A stretch of DNA of 63,674 nt, the filler included, from Octopus bimaculoides (Eukaryota): assembly GCF_001194135.2 (NCBI RefSeq). It is 5 parts of 5 records of this genome, joined end to end, with 100 filler letters (N's around TTAATTAATTAA, not from the genome) between each part and the next. Parts side by side here need not be neighbours in the genome. Positions count along the whole stretch, not along the records: positions 1 to 20,843 come from NC_068981.1; 4 more parts are not named here. One strand, written 5' to 3'. A program made the position numbers and the translations under genes. How positions within the stretch are numbered: position 1 is the stretch's first letter; each line of letters opens with the position of its first letter. Below, piece after piece: positions 1 to 14,790 of this stretch. The notes beneath the pieces are model-generated. The model saw only the letters and a list, made by a program, of their open reading frames with translations, had not been told where the DNA came from and made no database searches.

Positions 1-44
<44 letters not shown>

Positions 45-197
45 CATACATATTCATATATACTTAAATATACGCACATACGTACATATACACATATATA
101 TACACACATACATACATATATAATATAGAGAGATAGATAGAAAGATAGATAGATATTAACCAAGGTGTGTGTGTGTACATATTGTTATGACGATAAC

Positions 198-273
<76 letters not shown>
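1..273. repeat. (TA)n/(CATA)n/(GATA)n microsatellites followed by a (TAG)n run at about 197-273
   Basis: Read directly; source of the poly-Tyr ORF 64..495. Confidence 0.95.
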
Positions 274-2180
274 AAAAGAAGAAAAATATGAAGAAAATGA
301 CCACATTGAGTTCGAGGCTTCTGGATCAAAAGATTTTATGAATGCCATGCACGAATAATTCCACAACTCAATACCTTTTGAAATGCCGATAACTAACACC
401 AGAATCGTTGACAAGAAGCAGGACAGTGTTTTGCTTGGAAAACATCGATAAAGGCAATACTGTTGACAACTACAGGCCCATATCCTGTTTGCCACTTATG
501 TGGAAATAATTCACTGGAATATTGACAGTCAACGTACGGACATCTGGAAGCAACTGGAGTACTGCCACATGAGCGGAAGGGTTGCAGGCGTAAGTGCAGA
601 GGTTCCAAGGATCAACAGCAGGTAGACAAATCTGTACTTAGAGACTACAAGGTAAACTAACTTATCCATGTCATCGATCAATTATTGTAAGGCGTACGAT
701 ATGATCTCAGATTCTTGTATTCTGGAATATAGGAACCTATTTGGTATTACATCGAATGTTGAGAGATTGTTGGAAAAAGTATGGCGAAGTGCAGGACGGA
801 ACTGACAGTATATTGAAGTTTAGAGACAATAGACATCGGGAGAAGCATCTATCAAAGGGATTGCCTGTCCCCACTGATCTTTGTACTGTGCATAGTACTA
901 CGAAAACAAATACTCAGGAAAGCAAATGCTGAGTATGAATTCAAAAGCCGCCAACAAAAAGTCAACCAATTGCTATTCATGGATGGCAAACTTTATGGTA
1001 AAGATAAAACCCAAGCCAGTTCCTCTGTTGATACTGCGTATACTTTCAGTGCTGATATCAGACGTATGGACAGACTAACAATAACATCAGGGGAGGTTAT
1101 GAAGCAGATAGAATAGACGGGCTATAATTACTTGGTGATATTGGAAATGGATAAATTGTTGTAGAATGAAAGGACAGAAACATTTATGGTGGTGTAGTTG
1201 CGCAGACTGCGACTTATCCTTAAGTCGAAATTAGGCGGACAACGAAATAAACAACTTAGACAGAAAGACAAGGAAGCTCCTGAGAAGATACGGGATCCAC
1301 CACCCCAAAAGTGACACAAACATACTGTATGTACCAAGAAAAAGAGTTTGAAAAGAACTGATTGATTGCGAATATAGCATTAGAGGGGAAGAAAGCAACA
1401 TAGCATGGTATGTAAAACAATGCCACATAACTTCTATGATTGGAAATAAGAAGGACATGCTTGTGTGGGATGGAATATTGCACAGATAATACACTGCACA
1501 AACACTTGGGAATGAATGAAACAGAAAATAGGTAAAGAAAAGAATTCATGTAATATTTCATAGAGAGGTTGAGGATAAGACATACTGAGGGGAAAGTCCA
1601 CTAAAATTGATTTAAAACCGGAAATGGAGGCTCTAATCTGTGCTTCCCAAGATAAACATTAAGAACCAATTACATCATATACAGAACAGACAACACACGA
1701 AAAAGGGCTAAGTGCCGAATTGGTGGACAAAATGGTGAAACCGTATGGCATATTACCAGTCAAATATACGCCACTATCCCTGTGATAGTATAAGAGACGG
1801 CATGACAATATATTAAGGATTGTCCATTGGAAAGTCCGCAACAAGTTTTGACTTAACAAAGCAAAAAGGTCGAACGAGCATAAACCCATAGGCATCATCG
1901 AAAATGAAAATGCAAAGATCCTATGCGATTTCGATTCAGTGATGCCATAAGGTAGAGAATAGGAAGCCAGACACGGTGTTAATTGAGAAACAAATCAAAC
2001 TATGGTGGATCATGGATATAGCAATCCCATCTGGCAACAAGAAAGAAAAGTCGATAACTATGACAGGTTAACTGGGAGGTTAAGTAGTTGTGGTCGCTGA
2101 AAAGGGAGGTAGTAATAATTATAATCGTCGGAGCTCTGGGAACAGTGTGTAAAAATCTTGACAAGTACATGTCAAGTACG
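274..2180 (+). mobile_element. Decayed R4/Dong-like non-LTR retrotransposon (RT plus restriction-like endonuclease), 5'-truncated
   Basis: Frameshifted translations give [65 protein letters not shown]...RRHDNILRIVHW, ENENAKILCDF and KPDTVLIEK..LWWIMDIAIP, typical of R4/Dong/Rex6 ORFs. Confidence 0.8.
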
Positions 2181-2182
2181 TG

Positions 2183-3270
2183 CTAACAATAACGTCGGGG
2201 AAGGTTATGAAGCAGTTAGAAGAGGCGGGCTATAAATAATGGGGATTTGGGAAATGAATAAATTGATGGATAAAGAACTGAGAGAATAATTTAAGTTGGA
2301 GTACTTGCGCAGCCTGAGACTGATACTTAAGTCGAAATTAAACGGACGTAATATGATTGAAGCTATCAACACTTGGGCGGTTACACACCTTAGATATGGA
2401 GCAGGGTTAATCACATGGACAGTAGAATTAAACAACTTAGACGGAAAGACAAGGAAGTTACTAACTAGATATGGAATACTACACCGAAAAAGTGACATAG
2501 ACGGACTGTATGTACCAAGAAAAATAGGGGGAAGAGAACTTATTGGATGCGAACACAGCATTAGAGCAGAAGAAAACAACATAGCACGGTATGTAAAAAA
2601 TGTTACAGAACCGCTATTATTGGAGTAAGAATGTGAGGCGTGTGTAAGATGAAAGATTGCAAAAATAAAGCACTATACAAGAAATTGAAAATGAATGAAA
2701 CTGAAAATTGGTGGATAAAGAAAAAAAATGCATGGACTGTTTCATAGAGATTTTGAAGATAAGACAGACAGAGAAACAAAAATGGCTGTGGATGACTAAA
2801 AGTGATTTAAAACCGGAAACGGATGCTCTGATCTGTTCTGCCCAAGAGAAAGCACTAAGAACAAACTACATAAAATAAAGAATAGATAACACATAAGAAA
2901 GTGATAAGTTCAGAATCTGTAGGCAAATTGGTGAAACCTTATGGCATATAACCAGCCAATGTACGCCATTACCCCAGAAGGAATTAAAGAGACGCCACGC
3001 CAATATAGCAAGCCCTCTCCATTGTAAACTTCGCAACAAGTATGAACTTGACAGAAAAATAAATTAGTAGGACCACAAAACCCGAACGCAACATCCAAAA
3101 TAATAAGGCAAATATCCTATGGCATTTTATGATTCACTGTGACCATGTGATACAGAATATGAAGCCAGACATAGTCTTAATTGCGAAAGAAAACAAACTA
3201 TAATGGATCATAGATATAGCATGCCCAGCTGACAACAAGGTATGCAATAAAGAAGAAAGAAAAGTATAAA
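2183..3270 (+). mobile_element. Second, tandem R4/Dong-like copy (RT thumb to REL domain)
   Basis: ORF 2296..2628 AINTWAVTHLRYGAGLITWT..LDGKTRKLLTRYGILHRKSDIDGLYVPRKIGGRELIG; begins with sequence homologous to about 1075 of the first copy. Confidence 0.8.
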
Positions 3271-3274
3271 AAGT

Positions 3275-3600
3275 TCAAAGGCTTCAAACGTCGTGGTGTA
3301 TTAGATCGATAGTTTTATCAACAGAAGAGTCCAGAGTAATCCATAGGCTGGTGAGGTGCACCCGGAGTGTAGAGAGTCCATAAGAGAGTGCAAAATAGTG
3401 TTGAAGGGTAGAAAGTCCAGAGGAGAAGTTCGTGGGCGATGAGAGGAGACAGGATCAACTGGTGCGACCACGTGAGCATGTGATATATATAGGGATAATT
3501 CACAATAATACAAAAGACGAAGTCATGGTGTGTAGAAAACAAACGGATGTATTAGTATAACGCTCGGGAATTGAGAAAGTGTTTAACGTTTCGAGAAGCA
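3275..3600 (-). mobile_element. Possible Penelope-like terminal repeat fragment
   Basis: Minus strand carries CTCGAAACGTT followed by pyrimidine-rich non-coding sequence, as in PLE pLTRs; truncated by microsatellite and gap. Confidence 0.3.
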
Positions 3601-3605
3601 CACAG

Positions 3606-3636
<31 letters not shown>

Positions 3637-4201
3637 TACACACATACACACGCATATATATATATATACATACATAAATACACACACNNNNNNNNNNNNN
3701 NNNNNNNNNNNNNNNNNNNNNNNNNNNNNNNNNNNNNNNNNNNNNNNNNNNNNNNNNNNNNNNNNNNNNNNNNNNNNNNNNNNNNNNNNNNNNNNNNNNN
3801 NNNNNNNNNNNNNNNNNNNNNNNNNNNNNNNNNNNNNNNNNNNNNNNNNNNNNNNNNNNNNNNNNNNNNNNNNNNNNNNNNNNNNNNNNNNNNNNNNNNN
3901 NNNNNNNNNNNNNNNNNNNNNNNNNNNNNNNNNNNNNNNNNNNNNNNNNNNNNNNNNNNNNNNNNNNNNNNNNNNNNNNNNNNNNNNNNNNNNNNNNNNN
4001 NNNNNNNNNNNNNNNNCAACCTTCCCTCGCTTTGTCTGTTTTATTCAATTTCAATGGCTTTCTCACTCGATAGATACCTAAGTGATCTTGTAAATATTCT
4101 TGCTTCATCTAATTATGGCACTTACATATTCTAGCCACTCCAATCAATCTTTGACTTTCCTCTAACATTTCCTTCTGTACAGCTCCTGAATTCCTGTGCA
4201 G

Positions 4202-4247
<46 letters not shown>

Positions 4248-4517
4248 ACACACACACACACAGTACACACACGCACAACATACACAAACATATTATGCCA
4301 CTATAACATACATCTGTAGGCAAGTAACCGCCCACAAACAGGCCTATACACAACCATCACAGCAACAGAATTACAAGCTTAATAATACTATCTAGTAATA
4401 GAAAAATATTATAGATCATCCGTTGAATTGTAGCATTTTCCCTATGTTTACGAGTATACGAAAACACATACAGATGCGTATATAATTTGATTATGTATAT
4501 ATGTGTGTATATTAACT

Positions 4518-4700
4518 TTTTCTCTTATTCTTTTACTTCTATCAGTCATTTGGGTGCGGCTATACTGCAGCAAGCACCTTTGTTCAAAACTAGTCGACCC
4601 CAGGACTTATACCATCTATTTGTTTCAGAAACGCTAAATTAGCGAGACATAAACGCATCACATCATCATCGGTTGTCAAGCGTTTGTGGGGGTCCGATAG
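4518..4700 (-). mobile_element. SINE family A (CORE-like, tRNA-derived), 3' half
   Basis: Reverse complement matches the tail of the 19708-20125 copy. Confidence 0.75.
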
Positions 4701-5572
4701 ATATAGATATATATATATATATATATATATATANNNNNNNNNNNNNNNNNNNNNNNNNNNNNNNNNNNNNNNNNNNNNNNNNNNNNNNNNNNNNNNNNNN
4801 NNNNNNNNNNNNNNNNNNNNNNNNNNNNNNNNNNNNNNNNNNNNNNNNNNNNNNNNNNNNNNNNNNNNNNNNNNNNNNNNNNNNNNNNNNNNNNNNNNNN
4901 NNNNNNNNNNNNNNNNNNNNNNNNNNNNNNNNNNNNNNNNNNNNNNNNNNNNNNNNNNNNNNNNNNNNNNNNNNNNNNNNNNNNNNNNNNNNNNNNNNNN
5001 NNNNNNNNNNNNNNNNNNNNNNNNNNNNNNNNNNNNNNNNNNNNNNNNNNNNNNNNNNNNNNNNNNNNNNNNNNNNNNNNNNNNNNNNNNNNNNNNNNNN
5101 NNNNNNNNNNNNNNNNNNNNNNNNNNNNNNNNNNNNNNNNNNNNNNNNNNNNNNNNNNNNNNNNNNNNNNNNNNNNNNNNNNNNNNNNNNNNNNNNNNNN
5201 NNNNNNNNNNNNNNNNNNNNNNNNNNNNNNNNNNNNNNNNNNNNNNNNNNNNNNNNNNNNNNNNNNNNNNNNNNNNNNNNNNNNNNNNNNNNNNNNNNNN
5301 NNNNNNNNNNNNNNNNNNNNNNNNNNNNNNNNNNNNNNNNNNNNNNNNNNNNNNNNNNNNNNNNNNNNNNNNNNNNNNNNNNNNNNNNNNNNNNNNNNNN
5401 NNNNNNNNNNNNNNNNNNNNNNNNNNNNNNNNNNNNNNNNNNNNNNNNNNNNNNNNNNNNNNNNNNNNNNNNNNNNNNNNNNNNNNNNNNNNNNNNNNNN
5501 NNNNNNNNNNNNNNNNNNNNNNNNNNNNNNNNNNNNNNNNNNNNNNNNNNNNNNNNNNNNNNNNNNNNNNNN

Positions 5573-5604
<32 letters not shown>

Positions 5605-6415
5605 GATAGATACACACATATATACGCATATATATACTTACATACTTACATATATATATAAATATATAGTCATTAATATATAAATGCATGTGTTTATGTG
5701 CTTGTGTGTGAATGTGTGTGTTATTACGTTTGTGCATGTTTATGTGTGTGCTTGTGTGTGTGTCTTTGTGTGTATCTGTTTGTGCGTGTGTCTGTGTGCG
5801 TGGAAATTCTTTACTGTTGCTATTTCACTATATCTGCTTGATAGATGTTATAATCACCAAAGCCGTTATATAAATAGGTAGAATACATCAAAAGAGGAAA
5901 TTTGTAACAGCTTCATTATAGGTTTCGGTTCGTGTAATCACTTTGTAGGTTGATAATACTTTAAATGTCATACTACCTATGGAATCTAAACGTTTTATCA
6001 GTTTCAGTATGAAGAATTGTTTGAACTGGAAAACTCTAGTGAACGGAAGCATGCAAGCCGTAATCCGGATATCCGGCAACTGTTTCATATACACGTTATA
6101 TTAATGTTTGTGCTTAACTTAAAGGGGATTCGATTAAAAAATGTATATCAACGGAAATGTATAACAAGTGGGAAGCGTGCTAGAAAGATGTAATGCCTTG
6201 TGTGAATAGGTCACATTCATGAGTAGATGTCAATATTAGATATGAAGCAAAAGTTGGATATATATTTGGAAGTAATATAACGTATTAAAGAGTGCCATAG
6301 AAAAACCGTGTCTTATAATCTATGGAGAAAATGCTACAATAAAATTGCAGCACTTTGGGAACTTCAAAAGTGACCTGAATTTGACAATATATACCTAACG
6401 TAGTTTTAATGTTTG

Positions 6416-6560
6416 AGGCGAAGAGATGGCTGTGTGCTAAAACGTTAGCTTCCCAACAATATTGCTTCTGGTTCCGTACCTATGCGAGATACTTTCGTAA
6501 ATCATCTATTAATATAGCCTTGAGACGACTGAAACGATGTGAGTGGATTTGTTAAATGTA
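6416..6560 (+). mobile_element. SINE family A, degraded head
   Basis: GGCTGTGTG..TAGCTTCCCAAC..GGTTC head similar to other copies. Confidence 0.65.
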
Positions 6561-6595
6561 AACTGAACGATGGCTCTCACACACACATGCACACG

Positions 6596-6635
<40 letters not shown>

Positions 6636-7759
6636 GTGGGTGTGCGTGTGTGTATAGAAAGCGAAACCGAAACTCATTTATGCGAATGAAGAAATTTGAC
6701 ACATCAGGTATGTAGTACAATACTATTTGAAATACCGAACAAAGCTGCATGTCACTTGCATATTAAACGTAATTTTTTTTACCAGATACTATAAGCTATT
6801 TTCATAATAATAAGTGATGAAATGTAAACTCCAACTGAAAAGAAAGAACATTGTATATGCTGTTATTTAATGATGAACCGCTGTAAAAGTGAAATACTGG
6901 TTTGAACAACATAAAAGTGATAAGGAAGCGAACTAACGTAACGATTCAATGTTATTCCGAGAAGTGTACAATTAAAAGCAAAATAGTGTTTCCATGGGTG
7001 TGCGGCTAAATATATTCATATGCACTCACACGCACATAACTGCATGTGTGAGTATGTGCGCTCGTGAAAGAATGCTTTTGCTTGTGTATAATGTCTGGTT
7101 GGAAAGAAGTATTCATTGAATTCATGCGATTCCATCGCCTAGTTAACCTGATATTAATTCAATAGTGTAGACGAAATTTTGAAAAGTTGTGGTTTGCTTT
7201 TATGTTTCTTTACTTTTTTATGCAATGAAATATATAACATAGTATAAATAGCGGATAACAGGATTATTAAATCCCGCAAAATACATTATACATTAATCTG
7301 GACTCTCTCTACATGCTGTTTGCAATTTTCATGGCAACAAATAGAGATGTTTTAAGATACCGTACAGAGAAGAGTCATAAACTTTGCATTAATTTCTTTA
7401 TCTGCATTTGTGCATTAAATTCTTTTTGTTATATTAAATTTAAATATCTCCAGAAAGTACTCGTAAATCTACAAAGCAATCTTAGCATTACACACTGCTT
7501 ACTTCCTGTCGTATAAAAATATTGCTTCAGATGTACTGTATAACAAACGCTATTGCTAGTCAATAGCCACAGGCTCGATAAACGGTAAAGCTATGTAGCA
7601 TAAAATCTACTGGATACCTTGGAGAATTTTAGAATAAGTTGCCTTCGTTTGAGATATACAAGTGTGTGCTTATGGGTCTATCTCTATACGTAGATTGAGT
7701 CGGGGCTAAATTTAACCACGTGCATAAAACGAAAACGAAACACTATTCTAATCGCGCCA

Positions 7760-8530
7760 AAAGTTATCAACTAGATTATGGCTGGGAAATAGCAGTTTAC
7801 TCAATCAGCTGTGCTCAGATTCGCCCACAGCCTCAAAACACCGCTGGAACATAATGCATACGATTCTCAATTTGCGTGTCACTGAGAATATCTTCGAAAA
7901 CCTCCTTGAGCTTCTTTGGAATCGCAGGCACATAATACAAAAATAGGATTATAATCTTGGGAATTTGGAGGCCAGATATTGGGGCTGGTGATCATGTAGA
8001 AATTCTCCAACAACACCGTATGACTCTTGCTGATGGTTTCGCAAGGAAGCGAATCTTACTATAAGAGATATGGACTTCGAGCAGCACATCTTTCCAGTGA
8101 TTAATCACCATCTCCAGCAGCTTCAATTTGTCCTCTGAATTGAGCCTAGACGCTGTTCTGCAGTCGGTCATTGAAAACTGCATTGCGAACACAGCCAGAA
8201 CAATTGCTGTCTCATTTGAAACTTGTCATGGTTTCATAGACTCTGCTGCAGCTATCTATATCACGTTTAACAGCATTTATATTGTTCACCGAGCATTAAG
8301 CATCAGTCATGATGTCGGCATTGTCATACCCATTTCGAATCCTCATGGTACAGTAACTGTTTCCCCACATTCAGATGTCTGCCAGTTCATAAGTTGACAA
8401 TATACACCGAGTATCCTGTGATCTGGGCTGTCACGAATGTGAGGTAGAATGAATTGCTTGCAGTTTGTATAAAAGCGTATTGATTTTGATTTCGTGTGAA
8501 GCAAGGTAAACCTGTTCGATGCCATCTCAT
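7760..8530 (-). pseudogene. Tc1/mariner (maT/DD37D-like) transposase relic
   Basis: Minus-strand translation DSLPCETISKSHTVLLENFYMITSPNIWPPNSQDYNP matches the QDSAPCH...WPPNSPDxNPLD motif; multiple stops and frameshifts. Confidence 0.8.
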
Positions 8531-9218
8531 TCGTTGATAATTGTCTCTGAATTTGAATAAATTTTGAAATGCAAATTTTATCTTGTTACATAGTAATATT
8601 ACTGATGTAGAGTGTATTTTGATAGGTTAAATGTTTGGTCTTTCGTTAACAAGATTACATCGAATATGATATGCACCTCGAACATTTTACATGGGTATTA
8701 TTATTATATCAGTATGGGTATTATATCAGTATGTAAGGACTGCAAACTATAATGAATATATCATTCATGTAGTTCAAATGCTATCTGGCATAGCACTGAA
8801 TATATATTTTTAGAGATGATATATATGTCATTCTATCAAGAGATGACATTTTATTTAGAATTTGACTTTAGGATAGATTATTCACGACTGTGGAATAGAA
8901 TTATTTTATTTTAGAATTCCTGTAGGGGCATGTTGACATTTGAAATGTGCGTGCGGTACCGGTGAAAATTATCTTTGGTTCAATTGACATTTCTTGTAAA
9001 GTACCATGTATGATATGAAAGCTTTCTCGGGTGGAATTTTTCTGTAGGCTTGGGTTTGCCTTCATAGAGAATCGTACGTTGGTGCCTTTCATATTTTGGA
9101 ACTTCTATGTACATGCGTGTGTATCAACTAACTTTCTATTTGCTTGCCTTTCTTTCTCTGTCTGTCTGTCAGTCTCTCTCTCTCTCTCGCTCTCTTTCCC
9201 TACTTACATACATATACA

Positions 9219-9325
<107 letters not shown>

Positions 9326-11199
9326 GCATATGTACACGTATATATACACATATTTATATATATATATGAATAAATATATATATAGAGAGAGATACATGCA
9401 TACATACATACATACATAAGCTTCTCTTAATTTTTTCTGTACCCATATAATTCTGTGCAAGCGCAGACATCTCTCTTATTTCTTATACTCGATGTAAGAC
9501 GCACTTGGAAAGCTGGTAGCACTCCAACATTTGGTTCTTCCTTTTTTATAACGATATCTGACGTTTTTGCATGTAATATCTTGTTTAACATATGAGAAGG
9601 TATCTTCATATTTTTCAGCATCTAAGGATGTGTGCGTGTGCTTATGTGTACATCTCTGTGTGGGTTTACCCGGTTATTGTTCTTACAATTTACATATCTA
9701 ATTCATTTGATGGTATTTCATATAACGAAAATTCATGATTCTCGAAAACATAAAATCGAGAAATCGATTGGTGTGATTAAGTTTCTGTATTTAATTTAAA
9801 ACAAAAGATCTAATAATGTCTACTAACAAATAAAACACACTAACAAACATTACTAATGAAACTTAATAGCATATGTCCCGAAAGATAAAACTGAAAAATA
9901 GAAACCTAATATTAAGTAAGTGATTACTATTATGAGTCAGATAATTCCCGAACTTAATTGTGTAGTAAACATATATAATCTGGCGATCAGATTACTTTGA
10001 AAATGTCTGAAATGGAGATTACATTTTGATGTCGTATGTTAAAAACAGGTATATGTAAACGGTGTGCAACCATCTTGTTCACAGAGATTGAAAGTATTCT
10101 AACAACAGTAGATAATGATACTAGAGAATGCAACGCATCTCGAGTAGTGTACGTTGTAGGATGTTTTTCCTACTAAGCTTGATATATGAGCTTTGATCAA
10201 GACGTTACGTAGTTGTTGATATAGTAACGGAGCTAAAATACAGAGAATAAAGCCGCCTGGCACAGACTGACCTGGAACTCTGTCACGCATGCACATTAAG
10301 CTATAATGTTCTATCTCACTTCCTTTTTAAAAACATTTCTTGAAGGTAAAGTTTGTAGAATGTCGTAGTCTCAGCGGTGCAGTATCTCCTTGTGTCGAGG
10401 ACAACGAAAACATTTCGTAAACGGTCATTACAGGCTTAACTGAAACAAACTCTGCTGAAATAGTTTTCTTTTGACATGTTTAAAAGTGTACTTAGTTTAT
10501 ATATGAGTCCACCTAATACTGTGTGATTTGGAAATGGTGCAAAGTTACTTCAGAGAAATAATTGGTACAGTTTCACTTGAGAGTGGTGCTCTTTGTTTTT
10601 TTTTAACACGTGACTTGCATATTTTATATAGTTTTGTATCATGAACGATGAAGTTCGGATTATGATCGTAAGTGTAATGCATGTATATGTTAGTTCCCAA
10701 AAACCATTTAGGGGTAACCACAGAAAAATATCCAACAAGTCAAGCATACACTTAAAAATAACGTTATACAACAATATTCTTTCATATGTATTGTAACTTC
10801 ATATGCTGTATGTGTATTCAAGTGCCAATAAATAATAGTATATGTTAATAACACAGGGGAGCGTTATATGAAGCAAAGGGAAAATATATGAAGTCTCCAG
10901 GCATTTTGTGTGCGAAGAAGCATATATGTAATATGTAGGGAAGTCTCATTACATTGATTTTAAATGTTTGTGAGCTAAGCCCCTGTCTTTCTGTATATTA
11001 ATATACAGATGATCAAGTAAAGAAGCCATGAATAAGCACTTACAAATAGCTTTTGGAATGAACGTCAATAACTGAAAATGGAGGTCAATGACTGAGGAAA
11101 AGTAAAAAAAAAATCAATGCTAGACTGGCATATTCTCTTGAAAGAATGACCACTTCATATGTTCATTGATTTGACGGTAATGAAGTGCTCCTTTCTACG

Positions 11200-11960
11200 T
11201 TCCCATTTCTTCACCGTGGCTTACAGCAGCATCGATTCTCCTATCTTTACGTAGATACTAAGGATAATCTAGCACCTTGCCGATCATCTGTTAAGCTCTC
11301 ACGATTTAATACAAACGCCTTTATATCTCTCATGAACACAATCCTGCTGCGCATGTTGAGACAATTGATGACTTTCCTCCAGGATGCCAGATATTAATAT
11401 AGGACATTCTTTGGGATGTGGTGGTCCTTCATTTTGGCTGTATGTAGCCCAGCAAGTACATCGTTTTCGGCATGATCAGTGAGGATATACCGGGGTGGTT
11501 TAGCAGGGGGCATTATATCTGACCAGTGTATATATAGAATATGACCAATACTTCTCAAATATGTGTTTAGTCTACCAGCTGGCGTATATAGTCTATGTCT
11601 CATTGCCGTAAGATATTTACCAAACTGGCAGTGCCATCTGTAAATCTTTGCCAATAACATGAGCTCTAGATTCGTCATACTCGAAGGCCAACAACGGAGA
11701 TATAGTGGAAAATGCCTTACTTGTCTTATGGTCGACCTCCACCTCCAAAAACAGGTTGTCGAGAATAAAAGAGACAAGATAATAAAATGATTGATGATAT
11801 CACGTTTAGATTTATCAACTGAGATTATTGTAGGTGTGTCTGTATCATGTCCCAAGATGTTTATCTCTCTCGAGATGATAATCTCCCCGGAGATATTGAA
11901 TGCATGAGCGCAGCGACTAGAGTTCCTGTTGAGTGTGAGGAAAAGTTGCTGCATCATCAG
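11200..11960 (-). mobile_element. RTE (BovB-like) LINE RT fragment
   Basis: ORF 11394..11957 ends LRSIGHILYIHWSD...GLHTAKMKDHHIPKNVLY, like RTE CLRxILxIxWxD...WxGHVxRMxDxRxPKxxLY. Confidence 0.7.
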
Positions 11961-12189
11961 TGAATAACATGTCTCTGATGAGTACTACAGGCACCCTTGT
12001 TTTAGCTCCAAATAAAAGGGAACGTACTCCATACACTACATAATTTTCCCCATAAATTGACGAGGTAATGACACTCGGTGTATGTCAGTTGACATAAACA
12101 TGTTTAGCAAATAAAATTAAAATGATATCTATGCCAAGGAGTAGTAGAACAGGAATCATACGTTAATTGAACGATCAATATCACCATGC

Positions 12190-12480
12190 GTAATGTATTT
12201 GGTAAAGAAATTGAGAAAGTATCCAAGCATGAAGATTTCTTAAGGAAAAGAGGTAACGAAGATATTGATACGAACATGTTTACTGAGAATGATCCAAAAT
12301 AAGCATGTAAACAGATGTATAAAAATAACGTAGAACTTAGAAATATTTACGACTTAAAAGAACTAGCAATCCTAAGAGCTGCACTCATATTACGATGAGT
12401 ACTTTCAATGAAACAGAAAATACGAAACCAAACAATACGACGGACAATCATTCAGTAGTAAATTTGGGAAAAATAATAAT
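12190..12480 (+). mobile_element. 3' end of an R4/Dong-like element
   Basis: EIEKVSKHEDFL...NIYDLKELAILRAALILR*VLS resembles the R4 REL C-terminus (LQKxALLGTAHILRxVL). Confidence 0.55.
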
Positions 12481-14374
12481 ATTGATTTCTTAGTAACATT
12501 CGCTTAAGCCAGTGCTTGGACTTGGGTGGCTCTTATTTTTATCTTTCCCCTCCCCAGCTGGATGGGATTTGAACTTAAAAACATGTAACTAATTACCGCA
12601 ATCTACGTCGATTGGTATTCTGCCTATTCTCCAAGTAAATATATTTCGTAAAATTAAGGCGCAGGAGAGCCATGAATAATTTGAAATACGTTCGTTTGTC
12701 GACTGGTGAAAATTCATGAATTCCAAAGGGAAATTTAGAAACAAGACACATATTGATGTTCATTTTAAATTTATCTTTATTAAATAATATTGTTTCAGCA
12801 ATTATCGCTCGAGAACGTGTAATGTTAACGTTGAAAATTGATCCTGCTTACTGGTTTACATACAGTCAGTAGACGTACAGTTCTATTCTTCTTTATAGTA
12901 GAGAGTAATGCTAAATTGCACCAGATATACATTGTCCTTGTATTAAGTCAAATGGGTAAACTGACAGTACAAGGGATGTGTTGTGTATGTGTGTATGTAT
13001 GTATGTACGTATGCGCGTATGCGAGGGAAAATGTGGCTTTATATCATGTACGATATTAAATTATATTATATTATATTTAAACTTTATTAATAAGGGTAGA
13101 AATTGATATTAATCAATTAAAACCAGTGGTCTAGCATATTAAAAAAAATCCGAAGATTAAAATTATATTACATACAAAAATAAGAGGAATGACTAGCAAA
13201 AGTGGACTCCTATATGGTAGAAATAGATGCCGAATCATCTAACCACGAAAAAATATGTTCTCAGTAAAAAAAAAAAAAGCGGCACAACAGACTGTAAAAG
13301 GGCAACACAAATGAAAAAATACTAAATGAAAAAAAAAAAACGATTAACCTACGTACCATGGTTTCACCTGTTAAAATTTACATAAGTAAATATCTGCAGG
13401 ATCATCAGCGTAGTCTGTCGATTTAAAAATATAATTTCAAGAACTAGACATAAGACNNNNNNNNNNNNNNNNNNNNNNNNNNNNNNNNNNNNNNNNNNNN
13501 NNNNNNNNNNNNNNNNNNNNNNNNNNNNNNNNNNNNNNNNNNNNNNNNNNNNNNNNNNNNNNNNNNNNNNNNNNNNNNNNNNNNNNNNNNNNNNNNNNNN
13601 NNNNNNNNNNNNNNNNNNNNNNNNNNNNNNNNNNNNNNNNNNNNNNNNNNNNNNNNNNNNNNNNNNNNNNNNNNNNNNNNNNNNNNNNNNNNNNNNNNNN
13701 NNNNNNNNNNNNNNNNNNNNNNNNNNNNNNNNNNNNNNNNNNNNNNNNNNNNNNNNNNNNNNNNNNNNNNNNNNNNNNNNNNNNNNNNNNNNNNNNNNNN
13801 NNNNNNNNNNNNNNNNNNNNNNNNNNNNNNNNNNNNNNNNNNNNNNNNNNNNNNNNNNNNNNNNNNNNNNNNNNNNNNNNNNNNNNNNNNNNNNNNNNNN
13901 NNNNNNNNNNNNNNNNNNNNNNNNNNNNNNNNNNNNNNNNNNNNNNNNNNNNNNNNNNNNNNNNNNNNNNNNNNNNNNNNNNNNNNNNNNNNNNNNNNNN
14001 NNNNNNNNNNNNNNNNNNNNNNNNNNNNNNNNNNNNNNNNNNNNNNNNNNNNNNNNNNNNNNNNNNNNNNNNNNNNNNNNNNNNNNNNNNNNNNNNNNNN
14101 NNNNNNNNNNNNNNNNNNNNNNNNNNNNNNNNNNNNNNNNNNNNNNNNNNNNNNNNNNNNNNNNNNNNNNNNNNNNNNNNNNNNNNNNNNNNNNNNNNNN
14201 NNNNNNNNNNNNNNNNNNNNNNNNNNNNNNNNNNNNNNNNNNNNNNNNNNNNNNNNNNNNNNNNNNNNNNNNNNNNNNNNNNNNNNNNNNNNNNNNNNNN
14301 NNNNNATATATATATATATATATATATATAAATGTGTGTGTGTGTGTGTGCGTATTCACTGCATATATTCTTTT

Positions 14375-14790
14375 ATTCTTTCATTTCTTTCAGTAATTGG
14401 ACTGTGGACATGCTGGGGGACCGCCATTAGTCGAACGAATCAACCCCAATACTTATTCTTTGTAAGTGCAGTACTTAATCAATCGAAATCTTTTTTGCGA
14501 ACCGCTAAGTTACTGGGACATAAACACATCAACATCGGTTGTCAATCGATGGTGGGGGGACAAATAGAAACGCGCAGACACACACACGCACATACACACA
14601 CACATATATAAATATATAAATGTATATTTATATATATACGACAGGCTTCTTTTAGTTTCCGTCTACCGAATACATTCGCAAGGCTTTGGTCAGCCTGAGA
14701 AGGAACTTGCCCAAGATGCCACTTATTGGGACTGAATACAGAACCATGTGGTTAATACGCAAGCTACTTACCACACATCCACTATTGTGC
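14375..14790 (-). mobile_element. SINE family A, near full length with internal (CA)/(TA) tract
   Basis: Head at 14640-14790 and tail at 14375-14580, reverse complement of the 19708 copy. Confidence 0.85.

Noticed and set aside
3575-3600. CGAAACGTT half-hammerhead on the minus strand
   Set aside because: Any CUGANGA half would lie beyond the microsatellite and gap and cannot be verified
11970-12035. CTGATGA-GTAC…GTAC
   Set aside because: No GAAA box follows the stem II arm
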